64,000 nucleotides of DNA. It comes from an uncultured Myxococcales bacterium (GTDB lineage Bacteria > Myxococcota_A > Polyangia > JAHFDS01). The notes beneath the pieces are model-generated. The model worked only from the letters and a program-made list of their open reading frames with translations, was not told the origin of the DNA and ran no database searches. The position numbers and the translations under genes are program-made. The DNA is taken from NCBI GenBank assembly GCA_964593795.1, contig CAZQJC010000111.1:12608-76607 (forward strand), in the 5' to 3' direction. Positions within the stretch are counted from its first letter, which is position 1, and every line of letters starts with the position of its first letter. Of this stretch, positions 46,897-54,811 are shown in pieces.

Positions 46897-47165
46897 GCGA
46901 TCGGCGGCCTCGGAAGGCCGCCGCAGGCGGGGCGCGCCGCCCCTCCCCCAGTTGGGCAAAGCCCAACTGGGCCCCCCTCCCTGCGTCTTCGCTCGCTGCG
47001 CTCGCTACGCCCTTGCGGCTCGCTCCGCTCGCCTCCACGGACAGCTTCGCTGCGCGACGGCGGACCGATTCGCTTCACTCGCTTCGACGGACAGCTTCGC
47101 TGCGCTCGCCTCCGCGGACACCTTTGCTGCGCTCGCCTCGACGGACGGCTTCAGAACAACAGCGG
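46897..47165. repeat. Composite repeat after ftsA: GGCGGCCT hairpin, family A palindrome and degenerate tandem ACGGACAGCTTCGCTGCGCT units
   Basis: 46897-46942 matches 57209-57254; 46929-47042 matches the reverse complement of 38133-38247; further degenerate tandem copies run to about 47155. Confidence 0.8.
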
Positions 47166-47252
47166 ACCGGGCCACTTCACTTCGTCGCAACAAATCTCGT
47201 TTCTTTAATGTGATAGCGCGGTACTGTCTTTGCTCCTGTTACGGAGGATCCC

Positions 47253-47612
47253 ATGGGCACGCGGCTGTACGTCGGTAACCTTTCCTACAACACCACTGAG
47301 AGCTCGCTCCGCGCTGCTTTCGAGCAGTTCGGCCAGGTCGTCGACCTCAAGGTCCCGACCGATCGCGAGACCGGCCAGCCGCGCGGCTTCGCGTTCGTCG
47401 AGATGAGCAGCCCGGCTGACGCCGAGGCGGCCATGTCGGGCATGAACGGCAAGGAGCTCGATGGTCGTCGCCTCAAGGTCAGCGAGGCGCAGGAGCGTCC
47501 GCGCGGCGGTGGCGGCGGTGGCGGCGGCGGCGGCGGTGGTGGCGGCCGTGGCGGCGGCGGCGGTGGCCGCGGTGGCCGCGGCGGCGGCGGCGGCGGCGGC
47601 GGCCGCTGGTAG
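47253..47612 (+). CDS. RRM (RNP-1) RNA-binding protein with a Gly-rich tail
   Basis: LYVGNL (RNP2), RGFAFVEM (RNP1), GGR tail. GGAGG RBS. Confidence 0.95.
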   Translation: MGTRLYVGNLSYNTTESSLRAAFEQFGQVVDLKVPTDRETGQPRGFAFVEMSSPADAEAAMSGMNGKELDGRRLKVSEAQERPRGGGGGGGGGGGGGGRGGGGGGRGGRGGGGGGGGRW

Positions 47613-47715
47613 CAGCGTCGCCCTCTCGAGGGCCTCGCTGATACGAAGCGTCGTCTCGATCCTCGGGCTCGCGTCCTGCCTTTCTTGTAGACGCGAGCCC
47701 GAGAGACCGCTCGAC

Positions 47716-48360
47716 GTGCGTCGGGTCGGCGATGGCGCCGGCCCAGCCCTGGTTCTTCTACACGGCTACGGCGCCCCCCCAGACGACCTGGTTTCCCTGT
47801 CCCGGGAGCTCGATGCTCCGGCGGGAACGCGGTTCGTGTTCCCTGCGGCCCCCTTGCGGGTGCCAAGCACAGGGGGCCTCGGCTGGTGGCCCATCGACTT
47901 CGCAGAGGTACAAGGCGCTCTTCGCGCAGGCGACGAGCGTGTCTTCGCGCGCCAGCGGCCGAGCGAGCTGCTGGCGGCGCGCCGCATGGTGAGCGCGCTG
48001 CTGGAACAGGTGGCGCGCGAGCGGCCGCAGGCGCCGGTCGTGCTCGGCGGTTTCTCGCAGGGCGCGATGGTCGCCGCCGACGTCGCCCTGCTCGGGCCGC
48101 GCGCGCCGCGGTGCCTGATCCTGTTCTCGCCGGCCATCGCAGCCGAGGCCGAGTGGCGCGCTGCCCGGCGTCCCGGCCTCGAGGTCTTCCTCTCCCACGG
48201 GGACAAGGACCGCATCCTCCCCGTGTCCGAGTCGCGGCGCCTCGCGCAGCTCCTCGAGGCCGCAGGCGCGCACGTCGAGCTCCACGTCTTCGACGGCGGG
48301 CACACGATGCCGGGCGAGATCCTGGCGGCCGCAAGCGCGTTCCTCGAGCGCTGCCGCTGA
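47716..48360 (+). CDS. Phospholipase/carboxylesterase-family alpha/beta hydrolase
   Basis: LLHGYG, GGFSQG nucleophile elbow, HGDKD, GGH. Start uncertain and may lie further upstream. Confidence 0.85.
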   Translation: MRRVGDGAGPALVLLHGYGAPPDDLVSLSRELDAPAGTRFVFPAAPLRVPSTGGLGWWPIDFAEVQGALRAGDERVFARQRPSELLAARRMVSALLEQVARERPQAPVVLGGFSQGAMVAADVALLGPRAPRCLILFSPAIAAEAEWRAARRPGLEVFLSHGDKDRILPVSESRRLAQLLEAAGAHVELHVFDGGHTMPGEILAAASAFLERCR

Positions 48361-48458
48361 CGAGGCACGACCGGCGGTGGGGGCCACACCCACACCACAT
48401 TGCAGGGAACCCGCGGCCGCCTCGCGCGTCTATGATCCACATGCGCGGGAGGTTTCCC

Positions 48459-49253
48459 ATGGGGCTTCGTCAGTGCGTCGTGGCCATGCTGCTCGCGGGC
48501 GGCTGCGGCGGAGACGGCGATCCGAGCGGCTACGTGCTGCTCGATCGCGAGGCGCGCGCGGCGGGGCTCACGATCCAGGCCGTGGGCTTCCAGGGGGCGC
48601 CTGCCCTCCCGATGGCGCTGCACGTCGACGACCGCGTGACGCTCCACGTCCCCGGCGGCCCGCCACGCGCGATCGCGGTTCGGCCAGGCGCGCTCGCGTG
48701 GGTGCGACGCGCCACCGGAGACGTCGAGTACGCGGACGTCGGCGTGAAGGCCCGGGCCGATCTGCTCGTCGTCGACGCGGACCCCGGCGGCGCGCGCGCG
48801 CTCGCGGACCTGCTCGGCGGAAGCCTCTGGCCGCGCCCCGACGGGCGCTGGTCGATCGAGGCGCCCGACGTGCTCGATCGCGCGAGCTTCCTGCCCGAAC
48901 CGGGCGGCGTCCGCGAGGCGGCGCCGGCGATCGTCGCCGACGGTGCCTCGACGTCGACCGCGCGCGTGGCCGTGCGGATCGAGGCGGCGCCAGACGAGCG
49001 CCTCGAGCGCTTCGCCGCGACCGTGGAGACCACGTCGGCGGGCCTCGTCGGCGTCTACCGATCGCAAGAGGGCCTGCTCGTCATCGACGCGGGCGGGGGC
49101 TTCTCGCTGCACTGCGGCCAGACGCGCGGTCACGTGACGATCGACCGCGGGCGCGTGCAGCTCGTGCCGGAGCACGGCGCGGCGCAGGCGGCGATCGTGA
49201 TCAAGGACGGCGAGCTCGAGCTCGGCGGCGAGCGCTTCGCGGTGGTCGAGTGA
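48459..49253 (+). CDS. Hypothetical lipoprotein, first gene of the MNIO operon
   Basis: GGAGG RBS; lipobox AGGC; TATGAT -10-like hexamer at 48431; stop overlaps the next start (GTGA). Confidence 0.7.
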   Translation: MGLRQCVVAMLLAGGCGGDGDPSGYVLLDREARAAGLTIQAVGFQGAPALPMALHVDDRVTLHVPGGPPRAIAVRPGALAWVRRATGDVEYADVGVKARADLLVVDADPGGARALADLLGGSLWPRPDGRWSIEAPDVLDRASFLPEPGGVREAAPAIVADGASTSTARVAVRIEAAPDERLERFAATVETTSAGLVGVYRSQEGLLVIDAGGGFSLHCGQTRGHVTIDRGRVQLVPEHGAAQAAIVIKDGELELGGERFAVVE

Positions 49254-49951
49254 ACACCACGCGGCGACATTTCCTCGCGGGCGCGGCCGCGGCGATGGTG
49301 CTCGGGCCACGGCTCGTGTTCGCCGAGCCGTGCGAGCGCGACTGCACCGACGGCGCGGCGCTCGTGGCGGCGGCGTTCCGGCGTGCGCAGCGCGGCAAGC
49401 GGCCGCTGCTGGTCGTCGTGATCCCCGAGGACGGCAAGAAGCATGACCGGGGGCGCGCCTTCGGCGAGCTCCTCAACCACGGCGGCGACGCGCACCTCGC
49501 GCCCTTCGGCGCGGCCGAGGTCGTCTGCGCGACGCTCGAGGATCTGCGCCGCATCGTCCCCGCGGTGCCGTCCGGGCGCCCCGTCGCGGTCGTCGTCACG
49601 CCGCACACGACACCGATCGGCGTGCAGCTCGTCGACGCCGCGCTCGAGGAGGGCGAGCGCGACGGCGAGGACGACCTCGCCGATCAGCGCATCGCGATCC
49701 TCGGCGGCGCGATCCGGAGGGCGCTCCGCGTGCCCGCCGCGGACGTCAAGCGCCTTGCGGCCGAGGCGCGCGAGGCGGTCGTGAAGAAGCCCCCACCCGG
49801 CGCGCGGTGGGCCAGCGGCTCCGGCTGCGGCGAGCGCGTCGAGGGCGACGACCATCCGCTCATGGTCAAGTGCGGCATGGGCCACGTGCCCGCCAAGAGC
49901 CGCCGCTTCCTCTACCTGTGGGCGAAGCTGCCGTCGGAGCGCTACCGATGA
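49250..49951 (+). CDS. Twin-arginine-signal Cys-motif protein, paralogue 1 (candidate MNIO substrate, 233 aa)
   Basis: TRRHFL; CERDC; GELLNHG; GSGCG; CGMGHVPAKSRRFLYL. Confidence 0.8.
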   Translation: MNTTRRHFLAGAAAAMVLGPRLVFAEPCERDCTDGAALVAAAFRRAQRGKRPLLVVVIPEDGKKHDRGRAFGELLNHGGDAHLAPFGAAEVVCATLEDLRRIVPAVPSGRPVAVVVTPHTTPIGVQLVDAALEEGERDGEDDLADQRIAILGGAIRRALRVPAADVKRLAAEAREAVVKKPPPGARWASGSGCGERVEGDDHPLMVKCGMGHVPAKSRRFLYLWAKLPSERYR

Positions 49952-50661
49952 TGCGCCGAAGGGAGCTGCTCTTCGGCGCCACCGCCGCCATCGTCCTCGG
50001 CCCGCGCCTCGTGTTCGCCGACGACTGCGAGCGCGACTGCGCCGAGGGCGTCGCGCGCGTGGCGGCCGCGTTCCGCCGCGCGCAGCGAGCGAGCCGGCCG
50101 CTCCTCGTCCTCGTGATCCCGAAGGACGACGCGCGAAAGCACCCCGCGGGGGTCGCGTGGGGCGAGCTCCTCAACCACGGCACCGACGCGCAGCTCGCGC
50201 CCTTCGGCGCCGCCGAGGTGATCTGCGCGACCGCCGAGGACCTCCGCCGCATCGTGCCCGCGGAGGGCGAGCGGGAGCCGGTGGCGTACGCGGTGCTGCC
50301 CGGCTCGCGCGTGCTCGCCCAGGCCATCGAGGTCACGCTGCCGGCGGGGCGCGAGGACAAGGATGCCGAGCGGCGCATGGCGCTCCTGGGCGCCGCCGTC
50401 GCGCGGGCGATCGCCACGGATCCGAGGCGCGCACGGTCGCTGGCCGCCGCCGCGCGCGCGAACGTGGTGAAGAAGCCGCCCGCCGGGGCGCGCTGGGCGA
50501 GCAGCGCCGGGTGCGGCGTCGAGGTCGAGGGCGCCCCCGACGACGGCATGGTCGTCGGCTGCGGGATGGGCCACGTGCCGCAGAAGAGCCAGCGCTTCCT
50601 GTACCTCTTCGCCAAGCTGCCGCACGAGCGATTCCGCGAGGCCGCCAAGGAGCGCAAGTGA
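49948..50661 (+). CDS. Twin-arginine-signal Cys-motif protein, paralogue 2 (237 aa)
   Basis: RRRELL; CERDC; GELLNHG; SAGCG; CGMGHVPQKSQRFLYL. ATGA overlap. Confidence 0.8.
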   Translation: MMRRRELLFGATAAIVLGPRLVFADDCERDCAEGVARVAAAFRRAQRASRPLLVLVIPKDDARKHPAGVAWGELLNHGTDAQLAPFGAAEVICATAEDLRRIVPAEGEREPVAYAVLPGSRVLAQAIEVTLPAGREDKDAERRMALLGAAVARAIATDPRRARSLAAAARANVVKKPPAGARWASSAGCGVEVEGAPDDGMVVGCGMGHVPQKSQRFLYLFAKLPHERFREAAKERK

Positions 50662-51383
50662 ACCGTCGCCACTTCGTCTCGCTCACCGCCGCCGCGCTCG
50701 CGCTGCCGCGACGCCTCGTGTTCGCCACGCCGTGCGAGAGCGACTGCACCGACGGCGCAGCGCGCGTCGCTGCCGCCTTCCGCCGCGCCGAGCGGGCGCG
50801 CGTGCCGCTCGTCGTCATCGTCAACCCCGCGGCGGATGCGGGGAAATACGCGCGCGGCACCGCGTTCGGCGAGCTGCTCAACCACGGCTCCGACGCGCAG
50901 CTCGCGCCGCTCGCGCTCGTCGAGGTCGTCGTCGCGGGCATGGAGGAGCTGCGGCGCATCGTCCCGAACCAGCTCGCGGGTGAGCCTTGGCTGGTGGTCG
51001 TGGCGACCGATCGCACGCCCGCGAGGACGACGGCGATCGATCCAGCCGTGCCCGAGCGGGGCCCGAGCAAGCGCGGGCGCGGCGATCCTGACGAGGACAA
51101 GGCGGTCGACCGCCGGATCGCCGTGCTCGGCGGCGCCGTCGCGGCCGCCCTGCCCCGCCCCGAGGCCTCTCGCGTCGCCGAGCTCGCGGCGCGCACCCGC
51201 GAGCGGCTGGTCAAGCGTGCGCCGGAGGGAGCGCGCTGGGCCGTGGGCAGCGGCTGCGGCGTGGACGTCGAGGGCGAGGAGCCCGACGCGGTCGACTGCG
51301 GCATGGGCCACGTGCCCGCCAAGAGCCGCCGCTTCCTCTACCTCTACGCGAAGACCCCGAACGACCGCCGCAAGTCGCGCTGA
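50658..51383 (+). CDS. Twin-arginine-signal Cys-motif protein, paralogue 3 (241 aa)
   Basis: NRRHFV; CESDC; GELLNHG; GSGCG; CGMGHVPAKSRRFLYL. GTGA overlap. Confidence 0.8.
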   Translation: MNRRHFVSLTAAALALPRRLVFATPCESDCTDGAARVAAAFRRAERARVPLVVIVNPAADAGKYARGTAFGELLNHGSDAQLAPLALVEVVVAGMEELRRIVPNQLAGEPWLVVVATDRTPARTTAIDPAVPERGPSKRGRGDPDEDKAVDRRIAVLGGAVAAALPRPEASRVAELAARTRERLVKRAPEGARWAVGSGCGVDVEGEEPDAVDCGMGHVPAKSRRFLYLYAKTPNDRRKSR

Positions 51384-51392
51384 TCGAGGCGC

Positions 51393-52271
51393 ATGGTCCC
51401 CGTGGGCTTCACCCTGCAGCCCGAGCTCGAGTTCCTCGAGCGCTGCGCGCCACTCATCCGCATGGCCGAATATTTCGAGGTCACACCCGAGACGCTCTGG
51501 CGTCCGGATGCGCGCGGGGCGCTCGAGCCGAACGGCTTCCACCGGCGCTTCGCCGCGCTCACCTCCACGGGCAAGCCCTTCGTCGCGCACGGCGTGGGCC
51601 TCTCGATGGGCACCACGGCGTCCGCCGATCGCGCGCGCCGCCGCCGCTGGCTCGCCGCCGTGCGCCGCGACCACGCCACCTTCCGCTTCCGCTGGTACAC
51701 CGAGCACCTCGGCGCCAGCTCCCTGGGCGGGCTCGCGATGACGCTGCCGATGCCGCTGCCGATGACCGCCGCGGCCGCGCGCACCGTGCGGGCGCGCCTG
51801 CGCGCGATGCAGGCCGTGGTGCCCGACGTGGGCGTCGAGAACAACGTCGCCTATTTCACGCTCGGCGCCCCCCTCGAGGAGCCCGCGTTCCTGGGCGCGT
51901 GCACGCGCGCGCCGCGTACGCACCTGCTGCTCGACCTGCACAACGTGCACACGATGGCCGAGAACTTCGGCTTCGATCCCGACGACTACCTCGCGCGCCT
52001 GCCGCTGGAGCGAGTGATCGAGCTCCACCTCTCCGGCGGCCGCTCGAGCGACGGCGCGTGGCTCCCCGGCGGGCGCGTGATGCGGCTCGACAGCCACGAC
52101 GACGCGGTCCCCGAACGTGTCTGGAGCCTCTACGAGCGCTGGGCGCCGCGGTGCCCACGCCTGCGCGGCGTGACGCTCGAGCGCATGGAGGGCACGGTCG
52201 GAGACGGAGACGTGCCCGTCCTCCGCGAGGAGCTCCGGCGGGCGCGCACGACCGCGAGACGCTGCAGATGA
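51393..52271 (+). CDS. DUF692 family multinuclear non-haem iron oxidative enzyme (MNIO; MbnB/TglH/ChrH superfamily)
   Basis: HGVGLSMG, WYTEHL, VENN, LLDLHNV, ELHLSGG, DSHDDAVP and VTLER carry the full H/H/E/D/N/H/D/H/E ligand pattern. Confidence 0.92.
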   Translation: MVPVGFTLQPELEFLERCAPLIRMAEYFEVTPETLWRPDARGALEPNGFHRRFAALTSTGKPFVAHGVGLSMGTTASADRARRRRWLAAVRRDHATFRFRWYTEHLGASSLGGLAMTLPMPLPMTAAAARTVRARLRAMQAVVPDVGVENNVAYFTLGAPLEEPAFLGACTRAPRTHLLLDLHNVHTMAENFGFDPDDYLARLPLERVIELHLSGGRSSDGAWLPGGRVMRLDSHDDAVPERVWSLYERWAPRCPRLRGVTLERMEGTVGDGDVPVLREELRRARTTARRCR

Positions 52272-52633
52272 AGCCGCACGAACGACGCGGGGCCGCCTTC
52301 GAGCGCATCCTGGCCGCGGCCATGACCGCAGCCGATCCGGTGCGCGCCCTGCGTCGCGCGGCGCGAGCCGGTGGCGTCGATGCGGACCTCCGGGCGCGCC
52401 TCCTGGCGGCCGACGCGGACGGCGTGCGCATGTCCGCTCTGCTGGTCGCACGCCTGCGCTTCGAGCGCCTGCTGCGTGGGTCGGCCTCCGCCGAGGCCTT
52501 CTACGAGTCCGACCCGGCAGCGTTCACGGCCACCTTCCGCCGGTATCACCAGGCAGTGCCCCCGAACGCGTTCTTCCCGCGCGAGGAGGCCGCGCTCTGG
52601 GAGGAGTTTCTCGCTCGCCGCCGCCGGCGCTGA
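52268..52633 (+). CDS. Small helical MNIO partner-like protein (121 aa)
   Basis: ATGA-coupled to the DUF692 gene. LRFERLL, FRRYHQAVPP and EAALWEEFL resemble the N-terminal domain of DUF2063-type partners. Confidence 0.65.
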   Translation: MKPHERRGAAFERILAAAMTAADPVRALRRAARAGGVDADLRARLLAADADGVRMSALLVARLRFERLLRGSASAEAFYESDPAAFTATFRRYHQAVPPNAFFPREEAALWEEFLARRRRR

Positions 52634-52714
52634 CTGTTTTCTCGAGACAACAGGGGTGCGCCACGGCGTGCCAGCGTCGCGCGCCCCGATGAACGGAATC
52701 CACAGGTTGCCTGG

Positions 52715-52730
52715 TGGCACGGCGCCTGCT
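52715..52730 (+). promoter_or_regulatory. Sigma54-type -24/-12 promoter candidate
   Basis: TGGCACGGCGCCTGCT has GG-N10-GC spacing with the TGGCAC core. Confidence 0.45.
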
Positions 52731-52743
52731 CAAGGGCCGCGAC

Positions 52744-53532
52744 ATGCGCAAGCAAGCGACGCGAGCCTCTCGCCTCTGGATCTCCTCGATGACCCTTTGC
52801 GCAGCCCTCGTGGCCGCGGGCTGCGGCTCGGACCCCGCCGGGGGATCTGGCAGCGGCGGCGCCGGTGCCTCGGGAACCGGTGGTGCGGGCCCGGGGGGCG
52901 CGGGCGCAGGCGGTGCCGGCTCCGGCGGCGCGGGAAGAGGCGGCGCGGGCGGCGCAGGTACTGGCGGCACTGGTGGCGCGGGCACGGGCGGCGCGGGCAG
53001 AGGTGGCGCAGGTGCGGGTGGCGCAGGCGCGGGTGCGGGTGGCGCAGGCGCGGGGGGCGCTGGCGGCTCCACCGGACGCCTGTGCGGCGGCCTGCTCGGC
53101 GCGAGCTGCGCGACCGGCGAGTACTGCGACTACGGCGCGAACCGCTGCGGCAACGGCGACGAGCAGGGCCAGTGCAAGGCGCGGCCGGGCGCCTGCCCCG
53201 ACCTCTACGCGCCCGTCTGCGCGTGCAACGGCATGACCTACGGCAACGAGTGCGACGCCAACGCCGCCGGCTTCGACGTCGCGGCCTCTGGCGGGTGTCC
53301 CGCGCCGCAAGGAATGTTCGCGTGCGGCACGCAATTCTGCCAGCACGGGACGCAGTACTGCCGCCGCGACATCTCCGACGTCGGCGGCTTCCCGGATGGA
53401 TTCAGCTGCCACACCCTGCCCGCCGCGTGCGGCACTGCGCCGAGCTGCGCGTGCGTCCGCGCCGAGACCTGCGGCTCGAGCTGCGAGGCCACGGCCGCCT
53501 CGGATCTCACGGTGTCCTGCGCCGGCGGCTGA
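52744..53532 (+). CDS. Cys-rich lipoprotein with a Gly-rich linker and a Kazal-like module
   Basis: Lipobox AAGC; long GAGG linker; CPDLYAPVCACNGMTYGNEC. Confidence 0.78.
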   Translation: MRKQATRASRLWISSMTLCAALVAAGCGSDPAGGSGSGGAGASGTGGAGPGGAGAGGAGSGGAGRGGAGGAGTGGTGGAGTGGAGRGGAGAGGAGAGAGGAGAGGAGGSTGRLCGGLLGASCATGEYCDYGANRCGNGDEQGQCKARPGACPDLYAPVCACNGMTYGNECDANAAGFDVAASGGCPAPQGMFACGTQFCQHGTQYCRRDISDVGGFPDGFSCHTLPAACGTAPSCACVRAETCGSSCEATAASDLTVSCAGG

Positions 53533-53546
53533 CCACGCCGAAGACG

Positions 53547-53574
53547 TTGACGCGTCGCGGCATCGCAGTAAGCT
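53547..53574 (+). promoter_or_regulatory. Sigma70-like promoter placed for a leaderless asd mRNA
   Basis: TTGACG-N16-TAAGCT-N7-ATG. Confidence 0.5.
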
Positions 53575-53581
53575 CCCGAGG

Positions 53582-54676
53582 ATGTCGCAACCACGTTCCA
53601 GGATCCCGGTCGCGGTCGTCGGCGCCACGGGCGTCGCCGGCCAGCAGTTCCTCGCCAGCCTCGCGAATCACCCCTGGTTCGAGGTCAAACGCCTCGCCGC
53701 CTCGTCCCGCTCGGCAGGCAAGAAGTACCGCGATGCGCTGACGGAGTCGTCCGGCGCCTTCCGGTGGTACTGCTCGGAGCCGCTCGCGCCGGCGCTCGCC
53801 GAGATCGTGGTCGAGGACGCCGAGCAGATGGACGCGAGCGACGTGCGCTTCGTGTTCTCCGCCGTGGAAGCGGACGCCGCCAAGGTGCTCGAGCCGCGCT
53901 ACGCGCACCAGGGCGCCGCGGTCGTGTCGACGGCCTCCGCCTTCCGCTACGAGCCCGACGTGCCGGTCCTCATCCCGGGCGTCAACCTGGAGCACCTCGG
54001 CCTCATCTCGGCGCAGCGCAAGAAGCGCGGCTGGAAGGGCCTCATCACGCCCGGCCCGAACTGCACCACCATTGGCCTCTGCATCACGCTAGAGCCGCTG
54101 CGCCAGCAGTTCGGCCTGCGGCGCGTGCTCATGACCTCCATGCAGGCCGTCTCCGGCGCGGGCCGCTCGCCCGGCGTCCTCGCCATGGACATCATCGACA
54201 ACGTCGTGCCGTACATCGCCAAGGAAGAGGAGAAGGTCGAGAAGGAGACCAAGAAGATCCTCGGCCGCCTGCAGGGCGACGACATCGTCCCGCACGACGT
54301 GAAGGTGAGCTGCACCTGCACGCGCGTCCCCGTCCTCGAAGGTCACACCGAGAGCGTCTTCGTCGAGCTCGAGCGCGCCGCCTCGGTCGCCGACGCCAAG
54401 GCCGCGATGCGGGCCTTCGGCGAGGGCCTCAAGGCGATGGGCCTGCCGAGCGCGCCCGAGCGCCTCATCCACGTGCACGAGGATCCCTATCGCCCGCAGC
54501 CGCGCCTCGACCGCGACCACGGCGACGGCATGGTGACCGTGGTCGGCCGCATGCGCGAGGACGCCGCCCTCGGCGGCCTCAAGTACGTGCTGGTCTCGCA
54601 CAACACCAAGATGGGCGCCGCCAAGGGCGCCATCCTGACGGCGGAGATCCTGGAGCAAAAGGGCCTCGCCGGGTAG
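53582..54676 (+). CDS. asd: Aspartate-semialdehyde dehydrogenase (archaeal/eukaryal-like type)
   Basis: VGATGVAGQ, NHPWFEV, ASSRSAGKKY, PNCTT (catalytic Cys), QAVSGAG, EEEK, RVPVLEGH, SHNTKMGAA. Confidence 0.93.
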   Translation: MSQPRSRIPVAVVGATGVAGQQFLASLANHPWFEVKRLAASSRSAGKKYRDALTESSGAFRWYCSEPLAPALAEIVVEDAEQMDASDVRFVFSAVEADAAKVLEPRYAHQGAAVVSTASAFRYEPDVPVLIPGVNLEHLGLISAQRKKRGWKGLITPGPNCTTIGLCITLEPLRQQFGLRRVLMTSMQAVSGAGRSPGVLAMDIIDNVVPYIAKEEEKVEKETKKILGRLQGDDIVPHDVKVSCTCTRVPVLEGHTESVFVELERAASVADAKAAMRAFGEGLKAMGLPSAPERLIHVHEDPYRPQPRLDRDHGDGMVTVVGRMREDAALGGLKYVLVSHNTKMGAAKGAILTAEILEQKGLAG

Positions 54677-54697
54677 CCGTCCCCGGCGGGACGGCGT

Positions 54698-54802
54698 GAA
54701 CAAGGAACAGGGCAACAAGCAACAGCGCAATACGAACAAGGACTGGCCGGAGCAGGTTCCGTGCTCCGTGTTGCGTGTTGTTCTATTGCCTGTTCCTTGT
54801 TC
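54698..54802. repeat. Hairpin element with GAACAAGGAAC...GTTCCTTGTTC termini (family B, copy 2)
   Basis: Same 11-bp terminal inverted repeat as 31876-32001. Its 3' arm is the reverse complement of that copy's 5' arm with few changes. Confidence 0.8.
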
Positions 54803-54811
54803 CCCCTGGGA

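Noticed and set aside
47040-47165. Short repeated units after ftsA resembling a CRISPR array
   Set aside because: The units are degenerate and irregularly spaced, there are no unique spacers of constant length, and no cas genes are present.
47461-47715. N-terminal extension of the esterase ORF
   Set aside because: The first part is the alternative frame of the RRM Gly tail. A short real extension (a signal-like segment from about 47638) cannot be excluded but has no standard start codon.
52850-53075. GGCGCGGG-type tandem repeats here and at 37060-37320, 42520-42620 and 47510-47605
   Set aside because: These are coding Gly/Ala-rich linkers or the RRM Gly tail, common in myxobacterial proteins, not independent DNA repeats.
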